From NCBI RefSeq assembly GCF_963516875.1, contig NZ_CAUQCL010000008.1, forward strand, positions 711 to 64,710: a stretch of 64,000 nucleotides of DNA, in the 5' to 3' direction. The translations under genes were made by a program, and so were the position numbers. Position 1 is the first letter of the stretch, and each line of letters starts with the position of its first letter. This document shows positions 21,943 through 31,837 of the stretch, piece after piece. Origin of the DNA: an uncultured Granulicatella sp. (GTDB taxonomy: Bacteria > Bacillota > Bacilli > Lactobacillales > Aerococcaceae). Below the pieces are notes generated by a model. That model had not been told where the DNA came from, did not search any database, and saw nothing but the letters and a program-made list of their open reading frames with translations.

Positions 21943-22710
21943 ATGAAAGGTTTAGTGTTTTTTGACTTGGATGGAACACTGTTAAATAAAACAGGTCAAG
22001 TCGACCCTGATGTCATAGAAGCGATTCAACAATTAAAGGATAACGGCTATGAACCACTTCTAGCAACAGGAAGATCTCCTATCGAAGTTTCGGAAGTAAT
22101 ACGCTCTACGAATATTCATTCTGGAATTTTTATGAATGGACAAGTGGTGATTTTCAAAGGTGAAACATTAATTCATCATGAAATTCCAAAAGAAACAATT
22201 GAAAGACTGCTGCAATTTGCAAAAGAAAATCGACATGGAATGACCTGTTATAATGTTGATGCTTTTAAAATCATTGAAACAGTCCCCTTTGCACAAGAAG
22301 CCTATGGATATATTCATACACCAACACCGGATGTTGTTCCAGAATTTTATAAAGAGCAAGTCGTGAATATGATGCTATTACTTTCAAAAGACAATAATGA
22401 TGAAGCTTATCAGCAAGCTTTTCCAGAATTAAGATTTATCCGGAATTTTCCTTATGCATTGGATGTTATTACCGCTGGAAATTCTAAAGCAACAGGCATT
22501 CGAACATTAATCCACACCTTAAATACGGAGTCTATCACTACATACGCTTTTGGAGATGGCGCTAATGATTTAGAAATGTTCCAAGAAGTCGATATTGCTA
22601 TCGCCATGGGAAATGCTATTCCCCTTTTAAAAGATAAAGCAGACTATATTAGTACAGACAACGATAAAGGTGGCGTCATTCAAGGATTAAAACATTATCA
22701 ATTAATATAG
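21943..22710 (+). CDS. Cof-type HAD-IIB hydrolase
   Basis: FFDLDGTL, ATGR, AFGDGANDLEM. Confidence 0.92.
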   Translation: MKGLVFFDLDGTLLNKTGQVDPDVIEAIQQLKDNGYEPLLATGRSPIEVSEVIRSTNIHSGIFMNGQVVIFKGETLIHHEIPKETIERLLQFAKENRHGMTCYNVDAFKIIETVPFAQEAYGYIHTPTPDVVPEFYKEQVVNMMLLLSKDNNDEAYQQAFPELRFIRNFPYALDVITAGNSKATGIRTLIHTLNTESITTYAFGDGANDLEMFQEVDIAIAMGNAIPLLKDKADYISTDNDKGGVIQGLKHYQLI

Positions 22711-22719
22711 GAGGAAGCC

Positions 22720-23202
22720 ATGTCACTTTATGAAATAGAAGTTCCTACATTAGATGGAACAAGTACATTAGAAGCCTATAAAGGGCAAGTATTACTCATT
22801 GTCAATACCGCTAGCGGATGTGGATTAGCGCCACAGTTTGCCCAATTACAAAGCTTATATGAAACATACCACGAACAAGGTTTTAGCGTTCTAGGTTTCC
22901 CATGTAATCAGTTTGGGAATCAAGAGCCATTAAGCGCAGAGGAAGCCGCTTCGAGTTGTCAATTCAATTATCAAGTCACTTTCCCAATATTTGGCAAAGT
23001 ACTCGTGAATGGGCCAGAAACTCATCTATTATTCAAACTATTGAAAGAAGAAACAAAGGGACTATTCGGCAGTTCGATTAAATGGAATTTTACAAAATTT
23101 CTTGTAGATGCATCCGGAGAAGTCATCGCAAGATTTGCACCGACTACTTCTCCATTATCCATTGAAAAACAAATAAAACAATTATTAAATAAGGAGTGTT
23201 AA
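22720..23202 (+). CDS. Glutathione peroxidase family protein
   Basis: VNTASGCG, GFPCNQF, IKWNFTKFLV. Confidence 0.93.
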   Translation: MSLYEIEVPTLDGTSTLEAYKGQVLLIVNTASGCGLAPQFAQLQSLYETYHEQGFSVLGFPCNQFGNQEPLSAEEAASSCQFNYQVTFPIFGKVLVNGPETHLLFKLLKEETKGLFGSSIKWNFTKFLVDASGEVIARFAPTTSPLSIEKQIKQLLNKEC

Positions 23203-23203
23203 T

Positions 23204-23629
23204 ATGAATACAGAAGAAATTTTACGCATTTTAGAGGACTTAGAAGTAGCCATTTTTGCTACCGTGGATAAAGATGGAAAACCTCATTCTCGTCCAATCC
23301 ACATCGGCGTGGCAAATGAACATGGAGTGTTCTTTATGACAAGTCCACAAACTCATTTCTACAAACAATTACAAGAAAACCCAAACGTTGCAATTGCGGC
23401 ATTTTCACACGATGATTACTTAATTCAAGTCATTCGTATTGAAGGAAAAGTACGTGAAATTGGAAAAGAAGGTCTAGAAGAAATTTTAGCAGGAAATCCA
23501 TTTGTTAAAAATGTATATCCAGATGATGAGCAACGTGCAAGTGTACAAGTATTCCAACTATATGAAGGAAAAGGCTTTTATCACAGCTTAACTCAAGGAC
23601 ATAAATATACATTCAGCATTCAAGCCTAA
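23204..23629 (+). CDS. Pyridoxamine 5'-phosphate oxidase-like FMN-binding protein
   Basis: ATVDKDGKPHSR, QLQENPNV, IRIEGKV. Confidence 0.75.
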   Translation: MNTEEILRILEDLEVAIFATVDKDGKPHSRPIHIGVANEHGVFFMTSPQTHFYKQLQENPNVAIAAFSHDDYLIQVIRIEGKVREIGKEGLEEILAGNPFVKNVYPDDEQRASVQVFQLYEGKGFYHSLTQGHKYTFSIQA

Positions 23630-23736
23630 TTATCAAAAACTCACTAAAATAGATAGAACCTTCCTTTTGAAGGTTCCTTTTTTTCTTCCATCCAATGTGA
23701 TACAATGAACGTATCGTTTTAAAGGAGAGATATTTT

Positions 23737-24303
23737 ATGAAAAATTCTAAAAAATTCCTAACTCATTCTATTCTATTCGGAAGTCTATTTGTACTCGCTG
23801 CAGGTTGTCAATCAACATCAACTACAAACAATACTACAACAACTACAGTTACAACAACTGCAGCAAAAGAAAAATCTACCACTGATTTAATTGGAGATTC
23901 ATTACCTAACTTTACTTTTACTACAGCAGATTCTCAACAAAAAACTCCTGATGATTTTAAAGGAAAGAAAGTTGTCTATGTTGCTTGGGCTAGCTGGTGT
24001 CCAGATTGCCAACAAGAACTTCCAATTCTAAATGAATTAAGAAAAGACTATCAAGATTCTATTGAATTCATCTTAGTCAACTTACTCGTTAAAGGAGAAA
24101 CACCTGAAAAAGCACAAGCCTTCTTAAAAGAAAAAGGACTAGAATTCAACTATTACTCAGATAAAGAAAAAAGCTTCCAAAAAGCTTTAGAAATTCATTC
24201 AATTCCAACGATGATTTTTGTGGGACAAGATGGAACTATCAAACATGTGATCGATGAAGTAAAAGATAAAGCAACGATTGAAGAAGCTTTGAAAGGATTA
24301 TAA
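23737..24303 (+). CDS. TlpA-family thiol-disulfide oxidoreductase lipoprotein
   Basis: Lipobox AAGC, Thr-rich linker, WASWCPDC, SIPT. Confidence 0.88.
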   Translation: MKNSKKFLTHSILFGSLFVLAAGCQSTSTTNNTTTTTVTTTAAKEKSTTDLIGDSLPNFTFTTADSQQKTPDDFKGKKVVYVAWASWCPDCQQELPILNELRKDYQDSIEFILVNLLVKGETPEKAQAFLKEKGLEFNYYSDKEKSFQKALEIHSIPTMIFVGQDGTIKHVIDEVKDKATIEEALKGL

Positions 24304-24365
24304 AAACGCAAAAAAAGGATGATGGGTACTGCCCATCATCCTTTTGTCATTTAAGAATTCAATTT

Positions 24366-24450
24366 TTATTTGTCTTCTTTTTTACCTTGTGGTGCTACTA
24401 ATCCTAGACCTGCTAAGATTGATAATACAGCTGGAGTAAATACTGCAATT
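24366..24450 (-). pseudogene. Remnant C-terminal sorting-signal tail of a wall-anchored protein
   Basis: Reads IAVFTPAVLSILAGLGLVAPQGKKEDK-stop (hydrophobic helix plus charged tail) with no start codon or LPxTG left. Confidence 0.55.
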
Positions 24451-24467
24451 TTTATGGTGATTTTGAT

Positions 24468-24701
24468 TTATTTTAATATTCTTTTTTTCACATATTCAAT
24501 AATCTTATTCGGCGTATCAATTTCCCCATAAGTCACTTCAGTAGGAGCTACTTCAAGTCCAAACTCTTCTAACCTTACCAATAATTCTACAAACGCTAAT
24601 GAATCCATCAATCCTTCTTCTTTTAAATTAATATCCTTATCTTCATAGACAACTTCATCTTCGCAAATTTCTTCTAAAATACTCAAAATTTTTTCTTCCA
24701 T
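24468..24701 (-). CDS. dltC: D-alanyl carrier protein-like ACP (orphan)
   Basis: EEGLMDSLAFVELL phosphopantetheine site, APTE, DTPNKII; no dltA/B/D adjacent. Confidence 0.7.
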   Translation of the reverse strand: MEEKILSILEEICEDEVVYEDKDINLKEEGLMDSLAFVELLVRLEEFGLEVAPTEVTYGEIDTPNKIIEYVKKRILK

Positions 24702-24713
24702 ATTGTTCTACTT

Positions 24714-25883
24714 CTAATTTGCTAAACGATTTAAAATATAACTTACTTCTAATTCCACTCCAATTGGTAAAACAGCCTCATCAATATCAAATTTTTCATG
24801 ATGATGACCATAAGCTGTTTCTACACTTGATTGACTTCCTAAAAGTCCATATACTCCTGGTTTTCCAACTAAATAATCTGCAAAATCATCCGCACCCATT
24901 GTTAATTCATATTTGGTAATAATATTATTAATCGAATCAATGGATTGAGCAACTGTTTGAAATTTCTCTGCTAATTCATGAGTATTAATCACTGGAGCGG
25001 CTGCATCATACCAATCAATTTCTACCTCACAACGATGTGTAAACGCAATTCCTTGTGCAATTCTTGTTACTGCTTCTTTTAAATGAGCTCTTGTAGTATG
25101 ACTAAAGGCGCGAATGGTTCCTTCTAATAGAGCATCATTTGCGACAATATTATAACGTGTACCTGCATGTAATTTACCAACACCTACTACTGCTCTATCT
25201 CCTGGATCCACTTCACGACTGACAATTGTTTGTAGCGCAACAACGATTTCGCTAGCTGTTACTAATGCATCATGCCCTAAATGAGGACGACCTACGTGCG
25301 AACTTTTTCCTTTAACGTTAATTTTAAAAATATCACAAGAGGCATTCACAGGTCCGCCTTGAACAGCAAATGAACCTAATGGTAATCCTGAATTCACATG
25401 AATAGCAAAACTTTCATCAATTGAATCAATTTTTCCTGAAGCTACAAATTGTTTTGCACCTGCTCCAATTTCTTCAGCTGGTTGAAAAGCAATATACACT
25501 GTTCCTGCAAATGTATCTTTAATACTATTTAATACTTTTGCTGTCCCTAATCCCATTGCTGTGTGAGCATCATGACCACATGCATGATTTAATCCTTCAT
25601 TTTTAGAAGAATACGATTTATTCGTACAATCTGGTAATTCTAAGGCATCAATATCTGCACGAAGAAGAATTGTTTTTCCTTCTCCTTTTTCTCCTTTAAT
25701 AATGGCTAATGTTCCTGTTTCAGCAATTTTTTCAAATGGAATATTTAATTTTGTTAATTCTTCTTGAATTTTTTCTGCCGTTTTATATTCTTTTAAACTA
25801 GCTTCAGGATTTTCATGAAAATGTCTTCTTAAGACTACTAACTCTTCTTTTAGAGCAAATGCTTTTTCTTTAATCGTACTCAT
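24714..25883 (-). CDS. M20D family amidohydrolase (N-acyl-amino acid hydrolase-like)
   Basis: RRHFHENPE, LRADIDAL, HACGHDAH, QPAEE, GADDF. Confidence 0.9.
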   Translation of the reverse strand: MSTIKEKAFALKEELVVLRRHFHENPEASLKEYKTAEKIQEELTKLNIPFEKIAETGTLAIIKGEKGEGKTILLRADIDALELPDCTNKSYSSKNEGLNHACGHDAHTAMGLGTAKVLNSIKDTFAGTVYIAFQPAEEIGAGAKQFVASGKIDSIDESFAIHVNSGLPLGSFAVQGGPVNASCDIFKINVKGKSSHVGRPHLGHDALVTASEIVVALQTIVSREVDPGDRAVVGVGKLHAGTRYNIVANDALLEGTIRAFSHTTRAHLKEAVTRIAQGIAFTHRCEVEIDWYDAAAPVINTHELAEKFQTVAQSIDSINNIITKYELTMGADDFADYLVGKPGVYGLLGSQSSVETAYGHHHEKFDIDEAVLPIGVELEVSYILNRLAN

Positions 25884-25983
25884 TAAAATTCCTTCTTTCT
25901 ATTGTAATAAAGAGGCATGACGAGCATGCCTCTTAGGAGATAAATGATGATAAAATAAATGGTTAAATAATCTAATTAATCGA

Positions 25984-26844
25984 TTATTTTAAAGAAGCTT
26001 TTTCCCAAACTGGTACGTTTGCACCTTTTGAAACTTCTTCAATTTTCTTAGCTGTTTCTGGTGATTGGTAGTATTTAACGATTGTTTTGTAAACTTCGTT
26101 GTTTTCATTACCTTCTTTAGCAGCAATAACATTGTAGTATGGTTGAGATGAATCTGTGATTTCTTCGATAAAGATTGAATCTTTTGTTGGTTGGAATCCT
26201 GCTTCAACTGCGAAACCATTGTTGATTAATGAAGCTGCTACATCGTCTAAAGCACGAGCTGTTTGTCCAGCTGGTAATTCTTTAATATTAATTTTCTTAG
26301 GATTTTCTACGATATCATCTTTAGTTGCTAATGTATTGTTTACATCTTTTAATTTGATTACGCCAGCTGCGTGTAGTAAGCGTAATGCACGAGAGTTGTT
26401 AGAAGTATCTTCTGGGATTGCAATTGTATCGCCATCTTTTAACTCGCTAACGTTTTTAATTTTTTTAGAGTACACACCCATTGGAGCAATTACTGTATAT
26501 CCAATTGGTTTGATATGAGTATTTTGTTCTTTATTGAAACGTTCTAAGTAAATAATTGTTTGGAATGAGTTTAAGTCAACATCTCCATTTTCTAATGCTT
26601 GGTTTGGTTGTACATAGTCAGTAAATTCTACTAATTCAACATTGATGTTTTCTTTTTCTTTTAAGCGTTTAATAACGTCATCCCATACATCATGGTTTCC
26701 TGCGTTTACCCCAACTTTTACTGTTTTTGCTTCTTTTTTAGCATCTGCTGCTTGGTTTGAGTTTGAAGAAGTTTGTGCAGCTTGTCCACATGCTGCTAAT
26801 GTTAATCCTGCTAATGCTGTTACAAATAATTTTTTAATGTTCAT
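25984..26844 (-). CDS. metQ: MetQ/NlpA lipoprotein (second copy)
   Basis: Lipobox LAAC; FTDYVQPNQAL, DLNSFQ. Confidence 0.9.
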   Translation of the reverse strand: MNIKKLFVTALAGLTLAACGQAAQTSSNSNQAADAKKEAKTVKVGVNAGNHDVWDDVIKRLKEKENINVELVEFTDYVQPNQALENGDVDLNSFQTIIYLERFNKEQNTHIKPIGYTVIAPMGVYSKKIKNVSELKDGDTIAIPEDTSNNSRALRLLHAAGVIKLKDVNNTLATKDDIVENPKKINIKELPAGQTARALDDVAASLINNGFAVEAGFQPTKDSIFIEEITDSSQPYYNVIAAKEGNENNEVYKTIVKYYQSPETAKKIEEVSKGANVPVWEKASLK

Positions 26845-26888
26845 CTATAAATTCCTCTTTCTTGTTTAAAAATTTTATTCCAATCGAA

Positions 26889-27049
26889 TCGCTCCAGTGA
26901 TTCATTTCAGAGCGTTCGGCTTCGTATCTTGTTCTAATTGAACTCGGCCTCACTGAAATGACGTCCACTTCACGCCACCCCCACGCAACTGCATTGCTTT
27001 GTGTGCGTCGCTCCAGTGATTCATTTCAGAGCGTTCGGCCTCGTATCTT
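26889..27049. repeat. 42-bp direct repeat pair (period 119 bp) with an internal hairpin
   Basis: TCGCTCCAGTGATTCATTTCAGAGCGTTCGGCYTCGTATCTT at 26889 and 27008; TCATTTCAG/CTGAAATGA stem. Confidence 0.85.
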
Positions 27050-27050
27050 A

Positions 27051-27752
27051 TTATTTCGTGGCTCTTTTTTCTAGGAAGTCACCGATTGCTTGGCTTATAA
27101 ATACAATAATTAACATAATAATCGTTGCTACTACGATTACGTCTCCTTGGAATCGATTGTATCCTCTTGAAATTGCTAAGTTTCCGATTCCTCCAGCTCC
27201 AAATGCACCAGCCATTGTTGTTAAACCAATTAAGCTGATTGTTGTTAGAGAAGAAGCACGAATTAAACTTGGTAATCCTTCTTTTAAATAGACTCGGAAA
27301 ATAATTTCCAATGGTGTACATCCCATGGCGATTGAAGCTTCAATCACACCTTTATCTACTTCTAACAAAGCTAATTGTACTTGTCGTGAGAAGAATGGAA
27401 CAGTCGCAATCACTAGTGGCACAATCGCACCAGGAATTCCAATTGTAGTTCCTACAATTAATCTTGTTAATGGGATTAATAACATCGCTAAAATGATAAA
27501 TGGAATCGAACGGAATAAGTTTACCACTTTATCTAATATAGCGTATAAAACTTTATTTTCTAAAATATTTCCTTCTCGAGTAACTACTAACACTACTCCT
27601 AAGGCAATCCCTAGTACTCCAGCAATCAATCCTGTAATTCCAACCATTAATAATGTATCAATTGTACTTTTAATGATTTCTTGTGTTACACGAGCATCAA
27701 TATTTGGAAACCATTGGTGTAAGTCCATCTTACTCAACCTCCTTTGGCTCAT
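27051..27752 (-). CDS. metI: Methionine ABC transporter permease (second copy)
   Basis: [19 protein letters not shown]. Confidence 0.9.
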   Translation of the reverse strand: MSQRRLSKMDLHQWFPNIDARVTQEIIKSTIDTLLMVGITGLIAGVLGIALGVVLVVTREGNILENKVLYAILDKVVNLFRSIPFIILAMLLIPLTRLIVGTTIGIPGAIVPLVIATVPFFSRQVQLALLEVDKGVIEASIAMGCTPLEIIFRVYLKEGLPSLIRASSLTTISLIGLTTMAGAFGAGGIGNLAISRGYNRFQGDVIVVATIIMLIIVFISQAIGDFLEKRATK

Positions 27753-28776
27753 CTAAAATTTCTGTTTGAACACCCGATTGATGAATATGTTCTAGAGCAT
27801 GTTTAATATTTTCTGCTTCACCAGATAATCCTACTAGTAAAGTTCCAACTGCTGTTTCTTGAATGACTTCAACATTGGCAAATAAAATATTCGCTGCTAC
27901 TTGGAATTGAGTTGATAATTTCGTAATCAATGGTTCTCCAGTTGAAGCACCTACAAATGAAATTTTCGCAAGAACATCTCCAGGGTTTAAGTTTAGTAAA
28001 TGTTCATGTTGTAAAACTGTTTCAATTCCTTTGTTGATATGTGTTGCTGTGTCAATGAAATCTTTCGTTAATGTTTTTTGTGGATTAGTAAAGATTTCTA
28101 ATACGGTTCCTTGTTCAATAATTAATCCTTGTTCCATTACGGCAACTTTATTACAAATCTCTTTTACAACTTGCATTTCGTGAGTGATAATCACGATTGT
28201 AATGCCTAATTGTTCGTTTACTTTTTTCAAAAGTTCTAAAATAGATTCGGTTGTTTTAGGGTCTAGTGCACTTGTTGCTTCGTCACATAATAGAACATCT
28301 GGATCATTAGCTAATGCTCTGGCAATCGCAACCCTTTGTTTTTGTCCACCAGACAATTGTCTTGGATAACTTGTAATTTTGTCTTCCAAGCCTACTAAGT
28401 GTAGAAGTGACTCAACTTTTTCCTTAATTTCCGCTTTTGATAATCCTGAGCGTTTTAATGGAAAGGCAACATTTTCAAATACTGATAAAGTATTCATTAA
28501 GTTAAAATGTTGGAAAATCATTCCAATTTTTTTACGAGCATCTCTTAATTGTGCTTCTTTTAGACTCGTTAACTCCACTCCTGAAACTGTAACTGTTCCA
28601 TTTGTAGGACGTTGCAATAAATTGATAGTTCGTACTAATGTACTTTTTCCAGCACCACTGTATCCGATAATGCCATAAATATCTCCATCTTCAATGGTAA
28701 TATTTACTTGCTTTACAGCTTCGACCGTTTTACCTGATTGCTGAAATGTTACATCAATATTTTTTAATTCAATCAT
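27730..28776 (-). CDS. metN: Methionine ABC transporter ATPase (second copy)
   Basis: [27 protein letters not shown]. Confidence 0.93.
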   Translation of the reverse strand: MIELKNIDVTFQQSGKTVEAVKQVNITIEDGDIYGIIGYSGAGKSTLVRTINLLQRPTNGTVTVSGVELTSLKEAQLRDARKKIGMIFQHFNLMNTLSVFENVAFPLKRSGLSKAEIKEKVESLLHLVGLEDKITSYPRQLSGGQKQRVAIARALANDPDVLLCDEATSALDPKTTESILELLKKVNEQLGITIVIITHEMQVVKEICNKVAVMEQGLIIEQGTVLEIFTNPQKTLTKDFIDTATHINKGIETVLQHEHLLNLNPGDVLAKISFVGASTGEPLITKLSTQFQVAANILFANVEVIQETAVGTLLVGLSGEAENIKHALEHIHQSGVQTEILDEPKEVE

Positions 28777-28797
28777 TTGTTTCTCCTTTCAAGCAAA

Positions 28798-29060
28798 TAA
28801 AAAGCCCGCTCTTTGGTTTTACTCACCAACCAAAGGACGAGTTCTCTCGTGTTACCACCTTTATTCATAGCATTTTCACAAATCCTATCTCTGTCAGTTA
28901 ATCTTTCTAACTGATAAGCTATATCGGGCTTTCCCGTAATCGTCTCATGATTCAACGATTAGCACTCAAAGGCCATCTTCAAAGTTTCAACTATTATCTC
29001 TTTTCACCCAACCGAGACTCTCTAAAATAGATTCACTTTTACTCTCCTTGTCACAGTGCG
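28798..29060 (-). promoter_or_regulatory. T-box riboswitch (Met, AUG specifier)
   Basis: Minus strand AAGGTGGTAACACG; GAAG-ATG-G specifier; terminator hairpin. Confidence 0.88.
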
Positions 29061-29193
29061 TTATGACTATGAAACTAGGATACCAACAAAACCTGTTCCA
29101 GTCAATTTCTAGATTTCTATCACTTGTTATAAGTTTTCTTTATATCTTTTTTCTTGCATCCCCCTCTAGTTTTCCCTACAATAAACTTACGAG

Positions 29194-30063
29194 GTGATAT
29201 ACATGAATGATTTAATTTCTTATAAAAAAATGCCGCTATGGACGGTGGAAACTTTACCCGAACCGTTTAAAAAAATGCATAATACAAAGGTTGGAACTTG
29301 GGCACAACTGCATATTTTAAAAGGAGAAATCACGTTTGAATTTTTAAACGAAGATGGAAGTGTTAGTGATACTGTACTGCTAAATGCTACTACTCCTATT
29401 CCACTTGTAGAGCCCCAACAATGGCATCGAATTGCTAAAGCAAGTGACGATATCGAGTGTTATTTAGAGTTTTTCTGTAAAAAAGAAGACTATTTTACAA
29501 AAAAATATGGCTACACAAAGACTCACTCTGAAGTTTTAGCTGCTCAACCGCTCATTCCAAAAGGTCGTGTACTTGACTTAGGAAGTGGAGAAGGTCGTAA
29601 TAGTTTATACCTTGCTTCATTAGGATATGACGTCACTTCATTGGATTGGAATGTTCCCAGCTTACAAAAATTACAGGAAGTAGCTGCTCAAGAAGGACTG
29701 TCACTTAAAGTCGAGCCATACGATATTGAATGTGCCGATATCCCTGGCGGACAATATGATTGGATTGTATCAACAGTTGTATTGATGTTTCTACACGAAG
29801 AAGTCATTTCAGATGTCATTGAGAATATGCAATCTCACACCGCTTCTGGTGGCTATAATTTAATTGTAGCAGCTATGTCTACTGAAGATGCACCTTGTCC
29901 TGTGAATTTCCCATTTACTTTTAAAGAAGGCGAATTACTAGAATATTATGCCGGTTGGGAAATTTTAAAATATAATGAAGACTTTGGTGAACTCCACAAA
30001 ACAGATGAAAACGGCAATCGTCTTCGATTCAGATTTGCAACATTGTTGGCAAAGAAAGGGTAA
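29194..30063 (+). CDS. tehB: Tellurite-resistance SAM methyltransferase TehB with N-terminal DUF1971-like domain
   Basis: HNTKVGTW, VLDLGSGEGRNSLYL, GGYNLIV, YNEDFGELHK. Confidence 0.9.
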   Translation: MIYMNDLISYKKMPLWTVETLPEPFKKMHNTKVGTWAQLHILKGEITFEFLNEDGSVSDTVLLNATTPIPLVEPQQWHRIAKASDDIECYLEFFCKKEDYFTKKYGYTKTHSEVLAAQPLIPKGRVLDLGSGEGRNSLYLASLGYDVTSLDWNVPSLQKLQEVAAQEGLSLKVEPYDIECADIPGGQYDWIVSTVVLMFLHEEVISDVIENMQSHTASGGYNLIVAAMSTEDAPCPVNFPFTFKEGELLEYYAGWEILKYNEDFGELHKTDENGNRLRFRFATLLAKKG

Positions 30064-30113
30064 TTAAAACTCTATATAATTAACAAACAAAAAACGTCCT
30101 TTCGGACGTTTTT

Positions 30114-30794
30114 TTAATAGCTATTTTCTTCAACTGCTTGATTTTTAATAATTTTTACAATACGGCTTGTACCTAAACGACTAGCACCTAATGAAATGAA
30201 TTTTTCTGCATCTTCTAAACTAGAAATGCCACCTGCAGCTTTAATTTTCACTGAAGAGCCTACATGTTCTTTCATTAAAGCTACTGCTTCAAATGTAGCT
30301 CCACCTGTTGAAAAACCTGTAGATGTTTTAATATATTCCGCTCCTGCACGTGTCACTACTTTACATAATTCAATCAATTCTTCTGTTGTTAATAAACAAA
30401 TCTCCACAATGACTTTCAAGATTCTTCCTTGACAAGCTTCGTGAATTTGACGAATTTCTTCTTCTATTAAGTCAAAGCGTTTATTTTTTACGTCTGTAAT
30501 ATTGATGACCATATCGATTTCACTTGCGCCATTAGCAACTGCATCTTTTGTTTCAAAAACTTTTACGCTTGTTGTTGAATATCCATTAGGGAATCCAATA
30601 ACCGTACAAATTGGTAATTTGCCATCAACATATTCTGCTGCTTGTTTAACATAGCTGGCAGGAATACAAGCTGAAGCTGTTCCATAATGAATCGCATCAT
30701 CTAAAATTTGTTTAATTTCTTCCCATGTTGCATTTTGTGTTAATAAGGTATGATCGACGGTTGCTAAAATTTCTTTTAATTCCATTTGATTCAC
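30114..30794 (-). CDS. deoC: Deoxyribose-phosphate aldolase
   Basis: [32 protein letters not shown]. Confidence 0.96.
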   Translation of the reverse strand: MNQMELKEILATVDHTLLTQNATWEEIKQILDDAIHYGTASACIPASYVKQAAEYVDGKLPICTVIGFPNGYSTTSVKVFETKDAVANGASEIDMVINITDVKNKRFDLIEEEIRQIHEACQGRILKVIVEICLLTTEELIELCKVVTRAGAEYIKTSTGFSTGGATFEAVALMKEHVGSSVKIKAAGGISSLEDAEKFISLGASRLGTSRIVKIIKNQAVEENSY

Positions 30795-30800
30795 CTATCC

Positions 30801-31580
30801 TTATGCGTTTTGACGGTCTTGTGCAATTAAATTACGTAAAGCTTGTACAGCAACTGTAATCGCTGCTTCTGTATCATGAACGATTGGATTTTCTAATCCT
30901 GCAGCATTTCTTTCTTGGTTTCCTACTACTAAGAATGTTGAACCAACTCTTACTCCTAAATGACTAGCTACTACAAATAAAGCTGCTGATTCCATTTCTG
31001 AAGCTTTTACGCCTAGACGTTTCCAAGCTTCCCATTTTTGTTGTAATTCATAGCTTACAGGCATTACTTCTGGTTCATGTTGTCCATAGAATGAATCTTT
31101 ACATTGTACAACACCAGCATGAGTTGTATAGCCTAATGTTTTTCCTGCTTGTAATAATGCTGTTACAACATCATAGTTTGCAACGGCTGGAAATTCGATT
31201 GGTGCATATTCACGAGTTGTTCCTTCTGTACGAATCGCAGCCGTCGCAATCACGATATCTCCACCTTTTACATCGATATCAATTCCGCCACAAGTCCCAA
31301 CACGAACGAATGTATCTGCACCACTTCTTACTAATTCTTCTAAAGCGATAGAAGCTGATGGACCTCCAATCCCTGTTGAAGTTACACTAACTTTTTCTCC
31401 GTCTAAGTATCCTGTATATGTAACATATTCACGGTTATCTGCAATTAATTTTGCATCTTCAAAATGCTCTGCAATTTTCGCACAACGTTTAGGATCTCCT
31501 GGTAAAATAACGTATTTACCTACATCCCCTTTGCGAATGTTTAAATGATATTGTAATCCTTCTTCTGAATAATTTTGCAT
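30801..31580 (-). CDS. udp: Uridine phosphorylase
   Basis: [27 protein letters not shown]. Confidence 0.93.
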   Translation of the reverse strand: MQNYSEEGLQYHLNIRKGDVGKYVILPGDPKRCAKIAEHFEDAKLIADNREYVTYTGYLDGEKVSVTSTGIGGPSASIALEELVRSGADTFVRVGTCGGIDIDVKGGDIVIATAAIRTEGTTREYAPIEFPAVANYDVVTALLQAGKTLGYTTHAGVVQCKDSFYGQHEPEVMPVSYELQQKWEAWKRLGVKASEMESAALFVVASHLGVRVGSTFLVVGNQERNAAGLENPIVHDTEAAITVAVQALRNLIAQDRQNA

Positions 31581-31681
31581 CTCTCTTCCTCCTTATAGGT
31601 ATCATTTGAATACCTTAACTGTAAAATTATACCATAATTTTAACCATTTTGAAAACGTTCGCTAAAAAAATCAAAAAGAAA

Positions 31682-31826
31682 AGACTTCCTATAGTAGTAT
31701 GCGTAAAAGTAGCCGCTTCTGTGGCTACTTTTACTAGGAAATTTTGAGACCTTAGGCTCAAAATTTAGCCATGAGACTTGCTTCGCAAGGCTGCTGGCGT
31801 CCTATACTACTATATTAAAGAAGTCT
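31682..31826 (+). repeat. Multi-hairpin element copy directly downstream of rpoC
   Basis: AGACTTC...AATTTTGAGACCTTAGGCTCAAAATTTAGCCATGAGAC...GGCTGCTGGCGTCC...GAAGTCT. Confidence 0.9.
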
Positions 31827-31837
31827 AATTCAATCTT

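Noticed and set aside
28773..28955. Short ORFs over T-box leaders (also 16983-17234)
   Set aside because: They coincide with T-box riboswitch sequence and are explained as non-coding leaders
31682..31826. Element as a hammerhead ribozyme, tRNA or known riboswitch
   Set aside because: No CUGAUGA/GAAA core in the correct order, no T-loop or CCA end, and not consistently 5' of related genes
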